Shown here: piece by piece, positions 1 to 8,710 of the stretch | Position numbering within the stretch: the stretch's first letter is position 1 | How the letters are laid out: every line of letters starts with the position of its first letter | Source of the DNA: Azolla caroliniana | Lineage: Eukaryota > Plantae > Polypodiophyta | Length of the DNA stretch: 15,030 bases | Direction: 5' to 3' | Assembly (NCBI GenBank): GCA_043228905.1 | Contig: JBHGNT010000821.1 | Coordinates: 1-15,030 of the forward strand | Translations under genes and position numbers: made by a program | The notes under the pieces: generated by a model | Told to the model about the DNA's origin: nothing | What the model saw: only the letters and a program-made list of their open reading frames with translations | The model's database searches: none

Positions 1-918
1 AAGAACTTGGTGCAATTTTGGAGGACATTATAAAATAGAACCACCATATTGTAAAAGAGATAGGTATAAATGGCTCGATTTTCGGGTGCATCAAGTAGAA
101 TAATCAGTCGCTATAAGCTAACGGTATAAACATGTCAATGTGGTGGATATTCTTCGAAATTTTTGCTTCACAATCATATTTCCACACTTACATAGTAAAA
201 ACTATTTTATCAATGTTGTGGGTAAATCGTTGTGGAGATGTGCTTTTTAAGAAGAATTAAAATGTGACGGGATTTTACATGACAACATATATACTAATAA
301 TACAACATAATATGTTAAGACTATCGGGAATAGAACTGAATCGATGTTGTGGGCGGTTCGGTTAAATTGGACATGTGTTATGTTTAAGAAGAACTAAATC
401 GTGATAAGATTTTTACGTGACAACATATACGTACAAGACACGATAGACTATCGAGAACTAAATCGAAGTTGTGGGTGATTGATTTGGTTTCGAGATGTTT
501 TGATCATTCAAGTATTTATGGTAAACACCCTCAAAGTATGGTAAATACTATATATTTTTGGATTCATTGTTTACTATTAAGGTAAAGTTTTTTATTTTTT
601 TTTGAAGGTATGGAGGACAATACTACTACAATAATAACACATCGTCTTTCCATTGATAAAGCTTCTTTATTCAGAAAGACTAACCTTCCATTGAAGCTTT
701 CTTTATTCTATGAACAATAATAACACACACCATCTCCCATTTGATAAAGCTTCTTTATTTAGACGTCAGGAAGCGTTCTTTGTTTATTCTATGAACCATT
801 ACCATTACCATAATGGAAAGAGAGGAAGCTTTAGGCATGAGAGTTTAGAGATAACTGAGACAGAAAAGCTTAATTTTAGCCTAAATTCGCCACTTAAAAT
901 TTAGCTAAATCAGCCCTG

Positions 919-938
919 CCCCCCCCCCCCCCCCCCCC
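919..938. repeat. C20 homopolymer (G20 on the coding strand, starting at the stop codon of gene A)
   Basis: Directly visible. The paralogous site at 8199..8212 is an interrupted C run (cctccccccacccc). Confidence 0.9.
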
Positions 939-1348
939 TAGGGATGCTTCTTTTCATTTTCCTGCAGATGTTTCTTCACGGCTTTTATGCAAAACTTCAC
1001 AAAAGGCAGTGGTAACTTCATGTGATTCATATATATCTCCAACCCCTTCAAGGTCATAACCGCGGGCTCTGGAGGATTCTTCTTTTGAGTTTCGTACTGA
1101 TACACCATGAATTTGCAAAGCTGCAACTCATGCTGCAGCAGATTTCCAGGTTTATAAACGTTTTCTATCTCCTTCATCCACTGCGAATATTTGGCCTTAC
1201 TAAGACGTCCAAACCCCTCCAAAAAACTCTTCCATGGAATCGTTGCTGCTTCTGCTGTGGCTGGGCGGTCAACACTTAATAATGGATTGCAGAGGATAGA
1301 GGCGATGAATAGCAGGAGCAGCAGGAACAGATGTGGTTTCATGGCCAT
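938..1348 (-). CDS. Small predicted secreted protein, paralog A (136 aa), unknown family
   Basis: Intact ATG-to-TAG ORF with a signal-peptide pattern (MAMKPH + LFLLLLLFIASILC) and an Ala-rich linker. The mature part is Lys-rich with two Cys (C78, C120). All indels relative to the paralog at 8212..8616 preserve the frame. A CTT-repeat leader lies upstream. Confidence 0.85.
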   Translation of the reverse strand: MAMKPHLFLLLLLFIASILCNPLLSVDRPATAEAATIPWKSFLEGFGRLSKAKYSQWMKEIENVYKPGNLLQHELQLCKFMVYQYETQKKNPPEPAVMTLKGLEIYMNHMKLPLPFVKFCIKAVKKHLQENEKKHP

Positions 1349-1370
1349 ATATATCTATTCTTCTTCAATC

Positions 1371-1403
1371 AGAAGAAGAAGAAAAAAGAACCACAAATTT
1401 CTG

Positions 1404-1434
<31 letters not shown>

Positions 1435-1476
1435 GAGATTTTGGAACCACAAATTTCTGAAGAAGAAGAAGAAGAA
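1371..1476. repeat. Compound (GAA)n microsatellite, probable CTT-rich 5' leader of gene A
   Basis: Three GAA tracts, with the spacer gaaccacaaatttct present twice, just upstream of the ATG. Confidence 0.85.
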
Positions 1477-1507
1477 GTTGGATGGATGATATGCTATGAA
1501 TGTATGT

Positions 1508-1926
1508 ATGTCTCCAAAGATAACAATCCTGCAATGTGCCTTAAAATACCTCTCCTAAAGCATCCAAAGAAGGTTCGTAGTCTAATCTTCTGGCTTCAAT
1601 GTCATTCAAATATGTCCTAGTTAGATTGTGACACTTGATCTTATGTCCTTTTATTCCGAAGAAGTAAATTACGATTAGAGTTTTGTCTTGTTTCGTAGGA
1701 GTGATATGGTTTACGCATAATGGCATGACTCCATTCTACAAACGTATCAAACCAAGAAGATATTCAAACGCATATTGCAGTTTTTACGATTCAGACATCT
1801 CATCGAACAATAGGACTATTGGCTCCATGTTGGGATGGCATCAAATATGATATGGGACGTTGTTGTTCTACATATGACTAATATATGATGAGACTTTGTC
1901 TTGTTTCTCAAGAGAAATATGTTACA
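1508..1926 (+). repeat. Upstream module U (about 330-420 bp); further copies at ~8905..9280 and ~9455..9786, plus a short fragment at ~2228..2280
   Basis: Shared blocks tgtttcgtaggagt, ccattctacaaac, caataggactattg and ttgggatggcatcaaa occur in the same order in all three full copies. Confidence 0.85.
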
Positions 1927-2399
1927 CCCAATGTGTTCATTGAACCATACTATGTACTATCAACCAATACGTACCATACGTGCATTCACATACGAGTATG
2001 TTTCGATCACTCGAGTATGGTAAACACCCTCGAAGTATGGTAAATACCATACTTTTTTGTATTCATTATTTACTATAAGGTAAACCTTTTCTTTTGAAGG
2101 TACAAAAGTGAGAAAAAATAATTAAAAACATTAAAAGAAAAACAAAAAGTGTGTTTTCATAACATATGCATTCGTTTGCAAACGTTTTAGCTGAAGAATG
2201 TGAATATTACGTTCTATGCAAAGAAAAGTGGATGTTATGTCTCCAAAGGAAACAATCATGCAATGTGCCTTAAATACCACATGTAAAGTAGCAACCCATC
2301 ATGCTCAATAGAATATTGCATCATAGATATCCATGGTTCATGTTGTTGACACATGTTTCATAATAATGCAAATCGACGATGTTTCATAATAATGCACAA

Positions 2400-3350
2400 A
2401 CTAAAATAATCTATACTAGTTTGTGCAAGGGGTTAATGTGAATACATCCATTAGACGATTGTATTCGACACTCCACCATCATGGGCGTATTACAAAAGAA
2501 TCTACAAGAGTAAGAAAGAAAAATAAAATGCCAATACAACAAGAAATGATATGGTACGACTTCAGTCGTAGTCGGTCCAAAATCACTTCTACACCCATTT
2601 GTGCCCGAATCGACCAAAACCGATCAGCTGAAATACTCTTTGTCATCCCATCCGCAACATTGTCAATTGAGGAGAACTGTAAGCCGAGCTTTCCTTTGGT
2701 CACACAATTCCGAACAAAATGATATCAAACTTCGATACGCTTCGAGGCATTGCGATGAACTAGATTCTTCGCTAACACCAACCTAACTGTTCCTCAATAC
2801 GACTGAAGCCGAATTCGGGTCGTCTTGCCGAAATGTGTAGGCTAGTCCACCGAGCCATAGTGCTGCTTTAGCCACATCAAATGCAACACCATATTCAACT
2901 TCGATCGTGGAGGTAGTCATACAATCCTAAAGTTTCGACCTCCATGAGATGGCTCCATGCCCGAATCGGAAGAGATATCTAGATGTCGACTTTTGGTTGT
3001 CTAGGCAGCTGACAAAGTTTGAGTCGATATAGCCAACTAAGCCCAAAGGTTCATTCAGTCCGAAGTGGATGTCGAAGTCTTGTGTGCCAAGTAGATATAT
3101 GAAGATATACTTCACGACTTTCTAGTGGTGTTCAACCGAGATTCTACATAAATCTACAGTAACTTACAACTCCTACCGCATGCACTATGTTTGGTCGTGT
3201 CGCGACCATAGCGTACATGAAAGAGCCAATAGCCAATGTGTACAGTACTAACTTTATGTGATCCCTCTGTCGAACAGTCTCTCTGACACAGCTAAAGGTT
3301 CCCAGGTAGAGGGGTCAAAGCAGATCGGGCCGACAGTATGTTGAATCACT
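2400..3350 (-). mobile_element. Degenerate Ty1/copia LTR retrotransposon: RT C-terminus, RNase H, putative PPT and start of the 3' LTR
   Basis: Minus-strand translation gives AIGSFMYAMVATRPNIVHAVGVV, VKYIFIYLLGT, LVGYIDSNF...KSTSRYLF...GAISWRSK, STIEVEY and NVADGMTKS, which are copia RT/RNaseH motifs with stops and frameshifts. A purine-rich gatggtggag (2480..2471) is followed by TGTCG at 2470. Confidence 0.9.
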
Positions 3351-5149
3351 CAATGAAAGAGGCTTGTTTACAATGCCAATGTATCATGACATGGGGAAAA
3401 TGTGCCTCACACTACTACATATGTTGTACCAATCTACAAAACGATATTCTTTGCCAAATGAGGAAACTACACACATCAAGACATGTTAAAGCCCATCCCA
3501 TTATCTGCCATTTGAACCATTGCTTCTATTTGACTTAGATCACACTCACTATGATATGAGGAAGCGCGTTGGGACACAAGTGATGAGAATAATCAACTAT
3601 GCACAATTTCCCCTAAACAAGTAACCCTATGGATGCCAATCATCCCATAGTTGTTGTTCAATTAGTATAGGTAATAGACCTTGCATCACTCTTATTGTAT
3701 GTAATTAATGCCAAATAAACCTATAATTCGGTGGAAAATGTAATAATCATCAAACTTGAAAAAAATCCAAAAATATTTGAGGATTTGACCCCCCCAAAAA
3801 CAAGATATAACAATAAGAGCACAATTTCGCATTTGCATGCCAGTATAATAGTCGAGAAGACATGAGTAACTCCTTCTGCAAAGTGTTAGAATGCTTTATA
3901 ATATATGAAGTTGCCATAAAAAGAAAGGTGACACTTTATGCCATGAGACAACAAAGTGTTGAGCACATGAAAAATGAGGAAATTTAAGAGGAATGTTTCC
4001 GTTAAGTAATTGCCACTATGATGTCCTAATCATTGTCCACCCATGGGTTACACCCTCTTTCTCAATGAAATATCTAACACTAAATATCCACAGTTATGAG
4101 TGTGAACACATGTCTTCAAATAAAGCAAACTTGTGACCCATCATATGGGTATATATAGCTAATAAGACCAGTTTTGTAACTCCTTCTAAGCACTTAGGGG
4201 TTGTTAGGTTGTTCCACAGGTCCACCCAATGTTACAAGCAATGACCATATAATATCCCGTGGTATTTATCGTATTATTCTATACATGTGGATAAGTGTGA
4301 GGGTTAAATGAGAGTGTAAAGAAGGGGAGGATTACTTTTAATCCTCGGGATTGAGACAACCCATTAGGCAAAGTGTGAACTTGCCTAGGGGCCACGTTGT
4401 CATGAAGTTACGGGAGTGCATGTGAAATCTAAGCGGGACGACCGAGGACTTGAACCGAAGAGGATGGGTTGACTTGGAGGACGCGAACGTTTGGAGACTC
4501 GAAGGCTCCCAGGACTCGAAAGCTCTTCAGAATCGAAAGCTTGTCGAAGTCAAAGGCTCTTCAGAGTCAAAAGGGAGCGACGAGTTGAACAACTATTAAT
4601 GCAGGTGATTAGTATCAAAATACATTATTGGCATAAGGAACATAAGATTATGAATAGTTTTAACACAAGACTAGACTTATGTTCCTTATGCCAATCACAT
4701 ATGCAACGTCTCCGTGAGGCCTTATACATTGGGTACGCAATGATGGTCAGCGCCATAGCCAAGTTCTTGATTAAAAAAGGTCATTTGTTTAGGCTGAACA
4801 CGATATATTAAAAAAAGAAAATTCCTTTATCAAGTAGGGGACACAAAATGTTTGAAGGGATTAAGTACATCATAAACCCTCAAGTTAGAAAAAAAAGAAA
4901 TAAAGGAAATAAACCTAACCTCTCATGAAGATGATAAAGAAGAAAACTCTAAAATCTCAACTATCTTGAGAACACAAAGAAGAAGCAGATAAAAGTATAC
5001 AAAGAAGATAAGATCACGAGTAGAGCTTTCAAGGGATATCTTGGTGTTTCAGTAACGATGTCTCAAGTTTCAACGAATGATGGGCACATCGCCTTTTGTC
5101 GTTGTCGATCTCACACGTCCTCTTAATTCGCAACCCTAGCTCTCTCACT

Positions 5150-5225
5150 TCAGTTTTCGGCACCACGTCTTAACCTCTAACCTCCAACTCGTAGCACGTG
5201 CTTTTACCAATTGAGCTAAGCCTCT
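5150..5225 (-). mobile_element. tRNA-derived SINE head or decayed tRNA-like sequence
   Basis: The minus strand reads GGCTTAGCTCAATTGGTAAAAGCAC...GAGGTTAGAGGTTAAGAC. This has a Pol III A box (TAGCTCAATTGG) and a degenerate B box (GGTTAAGAC) at tRNA-like spacing, but no convincing acceptor stem. Confidence 0.55.
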
Positions 5226-5439
5226 TTGTTGTATTCAACTCCAACTTATGACATTTCTTTCTTACCACACCCTTAATCTATCATTCAACCTTAAATTTAA
5301 TATTGCTAATTTAACTTTATTTCCCCTATGCATTTCCTACATCACGACAACGTGATCCCTATCTTATCCATCTTGGATGCAAAAGGGAATGCAAAGCCTT
5401 CTTCGTTCATAATAGCAACTACAGAAAATATAATATCAT

Positions 5440-5925
5440 GGGTTCAGTTTCTTTGCCTTGAAACTAAACCAAACCATTTATAGAAAAACAAAAGCCCAAA
5501 AAGTTTGTTTATGAACTCCCAAGCCACTTAAAGTAAACCATTTAAGAAAAATATAAACCAAACTCTTCAAAGAAAAGTTGAAACCAAACCGAACTGTTTA
5601 TTTACAAACTTAAAACTAACCATTTAAGTCAAATGGATTAAAAACTTAAATAAATAAAAATATATTAAATTAAATAAACATTTAAGTTAAATTAGTTAAA
5701 TCAATAAATAAAAAAATATTAATTAAATCATTCAAGAAATAGAAAAAAGTTAACAAAAAACCTATAAACCAAACTAGTTAAACCAATAAACAAGAGTCTT
5801 AGAACTAGAACAAACTAAAGCCAAAACCATTTAATAATAATTGAACCAAACCAACCCAATTAATTATATTGGAACTGATCAACCATGGCTAAACAATTGA
5901 GTTTGGTTTGAGCCGAAACTAGGGC
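5440..5925. mobile_element. Decayed non-autonomous hAT/MITE-like element
   Basis: Very AT-rich with many AAACC(A/G)/AAACTA motifs that switch orientation (gtttggtttg) near 5900, as in plant hAT subterminal repeats. No clean TIR pair or TSD was found. Confidence 0.45.
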
Positions 5926-6135
5926 GATAATAATAAATAACTAAATTTAAATATCTACTTATATTATTTTTATATTTATATTTATACATCTTTTTCTCCC
6001 ATAGGCAGGTGCTTCTTTGCAAACCATACCATTACCATCAATTACTCCACATATAATCAGCCTTCTCAAGTGGTTCCCAAAAGAGAGATGTATTTACTAT
6101 TTTTGCTCCATTCAATGATCGATAGGTAACTATTC

Positions 6136-6303
6136 CTGTAGGTTCAGATAAATTTATCTCCTTGTTGGATTTAGAATGTACACACTACAAACTGTAGGTT
6201 CAGATAAATTTATTTCCTTGTTGGATTTAGAATGTACACACTACAAACTATAGGTTCAAATAAATTTATCTCCTTGTTGGATTTAGAATGTACACACTAC
6301 AAA
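6136..6303. repeat. Tandem repeat, 3 x 56 bp
   Basis: Unit ctgtaggttcagataaatttatctccttgttggatttagaatgtacacactacaaa starts at 6136, 6192 and 6248, with 1-2 substitutions per copy relative to the first. Confidence 0.95.
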
Positions 6304-6387
6304 GTACATGATATTGTTTCCTTCTTCATTCCCTGGAATTGTAAGGGTAATGCATCTAACAAGTTGCTCCTCTCATCACCTGGCAAG

Positions 6388-6625
6388 TTCCTCTATAGGT
6401 TAAGAATTATTCATGTGCTCTCTAGAGCTCATGAATGTTGTTTCTTAAGAAGTTCGGTAAATAATCTCAATAAATTGTGTGAATGAATTGAACATGTTCT
6501 TCTATAGGTTAAACATTACTCTGGTGCTCTTTAGATCTCATGAATTGTTGTTTCTTAAGAATTTTGTTTAATAATTAAATGTAATCATACACATCGCAAT
6601 CAATTGTGTGGATGAATTGAACATG
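6388..6625. repeat. Older diverged tandem duplication, 2 x ~110-130 bp
   Basis: ctctataggttaa...ctcatgaa...tgtttcttaagaa...aattgtgtg.atgaattgaacatg occurs twice with indels. Confidence 0.8.
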
Positions 6626-6706
6626 GATTATGAGTTAACCTAATTTTTGCACCACGTATTGTACCAAAATTATATATAGTATTACCATCATTCAACTAAA
6701 CATATA

Positions 6707-6958
6707 ACAAATGTACTCCAATTATTCCACTGAGTTTGTTTGTTCTTCATTTGGGAGAAACAAGCAAGGGCAAATAGTGGATCTTAGCACACAAATGTAC
6801 TCCAATTATTCCACTGAGTTTGTTTGTTCTTCATTTGGGAGAAACAAGCAAGGGCAAATAGTGGATCTTAGCACACAAATGTACTCCAATTATTCCACTG
6901 AGTTTGTTTGTTCTTCATTTGGGAGAAACAAGCAAGGGCAAATAGTGGATCTTAGCAC
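6707..6958. repeat. Perfect tandem repeat, 3 x 84 bp
   Basis: Identical unit acaaatgtactcc...gtggatcttagcac starts at 6707, 6791 and 6875. Confidence 0.97.
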
Positions 6959-8211
6959 TGATTACACAATGCAATTGGATCGACGAAGTATGATACATTC
7001 CACCCCAAGAGAGCCTCTAATTGCAACACAACAAAAGCACACAGAAGTGTACCTCATTTGTCTTTGGAGGTTGAAGACAATAATCATTCATGGTCACCTC
7101 CAAATCGTGAGCAATGTATTATTGTGGCGTATCTTAATTAATGTGGCTCAAAAAGGTTGACATACATTGTATGATTCAATGATGGAACTTTGTCATGTTA
7201 AAAAGTAGTAGTGGCAATGTATTACGCCTAACTCACCCCCTTCTACAAAGATAATAATTGGGGATGTATTCAAGAACTTGGTGCAATTTTGGATGACATT
7301 ATAAAATAGAACCACCATTTTATAAAAGAGATAGGTATGAATGACTCGATTTCGAGTGCATCAAGTAGAATAATTAGTTGTTATAAGCTAATGGTATCAA
7401 CGTGTCAATTTGGTGGATATTCTTAGAAATTCTAGCCATTTTTGCATCACAATCATGTTTCCACACTTAGCTAGTAAAAACTATTTTATCAATGTTGTGG
7501 GTAAATCGTTGTGGAGATGTGGTTTTAAGAAGAACTAAACCATGAAGAGGTTTACAATGACAACCAACATGTGTTAGATTATCCAGAACTGAACCGAATC
7601 GATGAGCTTCTTTTAAGAAGAACTAAATCGTGATAAGATTTTTACATGACAACATATACAAGTCATGCATGATAGACTATTGAGAACTAAATCATGAGAA
7701 GTCGCATCGCTTCTTATAAACAAAATCCAAAGGAAATGGTTGCACCATAGTATGAACCAAATGTACCATATGTGCATTCGCAGTCGAGTATGTTGCAATC
7801 ATTTGAGTATGGTAAACACTCTCGAAGTATATAGTAAATACCCTAATTTTGGATTTTCATTAGTTACTATAATGTAAAACTCTTTTTAAAGTAAACCCCC
7901 ATTTACATACATATATAGTAGAATGGAAGGAGAATACTGCTACAATAACACATCATCTCCCATTGATAAAGCTTCTTTATTCAGATGTGATGGAAGCTAT
8001 GTTTATGCTATTGTGAAATGAAGCTATGTTTATGCTACTGTGAAATGCAGGGACAACACACAAACACTATGAACATGTCAAATGACCTGATAATGGAAAG
8101 AGAGGAAGCTTTAGGCATGAGAGTTTAGAGATAACTGAGACAGAAAAGCTTAATTTTAGCCTAAATTCGCCACTTAAATTTGAGCTAAATCAGGCCTGCC
8201 TCCCCCCACCC

Positions 8212-8616
8212 CTAGGGATGCTTCTTTTCATATTCCTCCACGGCTTTTATGCAAAACTTCACAAAAGGCAGTGGTAACTTCATGTATTTCATATACATCT
8301 CCAACCCCTTCAAGGTCATAGCCATGGGTTCTCCAGCATTCTTCTTCTTTTGCGTTACGTAATTATACACCAGCTGTTTGCAAACCTGCGACTGATGCTG
8401 CAAATTTTTAGCTTTACTAACATTTTCTATCTCATTAATCCACTGCGAATATTTGGCCTTACTAAGACGTCCAAACCCCTCCAAAAAACTCTTCCATGGA
8501 ATCGTTGCTGCTGCTGCTGCTGCTGTTGCTGGGCGGTCAACACTTAATAATGGATTGCAGAGGATAGAGGCGATGAATAGCAGGAGGAGCAGGAACAGAT
8601 GTGGTTTCATGGCCAT
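8212..8616 (-). CDS. Small predicted secreted protein, paralog B (134 aa), unknown family
   Basis: Intact ORF. The first 31 aa, TIPWKSFLEGFGRLSKAKYSQW, MKLPLPFVKFCIKAV and the C-terminal EKKHP are identical to paralog A, and both mature Cys are conserved. Confidence 0.85.
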   Translation of the reverse strand: MAMKPHLFLLLLLFIASILCNPLLSVDRPATAAAAAATIPWKSFLEGFGRLSKAKYSQWINEIENVSKAKNLQHQSQVCKQLVYNYVTQKKKNAGEPMAMTLKGLEMYMKYMKLPLPFVKFCIKAVEEYEKKHP

Positions 8617-8642
8617 ATATATCTATTCTTCTTCAATCAGAC

Positions 8643-8710
8643 GAAGAAGAAGAAGAAGAAGAAGAAGAAGGAACCACAAATTTCTGAAGAAGAAGAAGAA
8701 GAAGAAGAAG
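8643..8710. repeat. Compound (GAA)n microsatellite, probable CTT-rich 5' leader of gene B
   Basis: Two GAA tracts separated by gaaccacaaatttct. Repeat counts differ from copy A. Confidence 0.85.

Larger units (their letters stand above)
1..2100 (+). repeat. Segmental duplication, copy 1 (gene A plus flanks; extends beyond the window start)
   Basis: Base 1 onward (aagaacttggtgcaattttgga...) aligns with 7272 onward. Collinear similarity runs through the 3' flank, the CDS, the GAA tract and the upstream module. Confidence 0.92.

Noticed and set aside
2-103. Open plus-strand frame RTWCNFGGHYKIEPPYCKRDRYKWLDFRVHQVE* at the window edge
   Set aside because: Only 33 codons, and the paralogous sequence at 7273 onward has stops and a frameshift. 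It cannot be supported without upstream sequence.
1022-1436. Plus-strand ORFs overlapping gene A (and 8350..8713 over gene B), including poly-Lys/Arg and poly-Cys tracts
   Set aside because: Antisense shadows of the real CDS and translations of GAA and GCT microsatellites.
1541-1726. Similar short ORFs in module U (also 9494..9744)
   Set aside because: The similarity reflects the DNA repeat; frames and stops are not conserved between copies.
2423-4811. Plus-strand ORFs 2423..2722, 2601..2786, 3338..3538 and 4491..4811
   Set aside because: The first two are antisense to copia RNase H; the others are short with no recognisable motifs.
5150-5225. Functional tRNA gene
   Set aside because: The B box lacks TTC and no complete cloverleaf can be drawn; kept only as a SINE-like remnant.
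6136-6958. Possible CRISPR-like arrays
   Set aside because: The units are head-to-tail with no unique spacers, there are no cas genes, and the context is eukaryotic.
6711-7160. 149-aa ORF with three 28-aa repeats
   Set aside because: Its length results from triplication of an 84-bp unit (a multiple of 3); no recognisable domain or other coding evidence.
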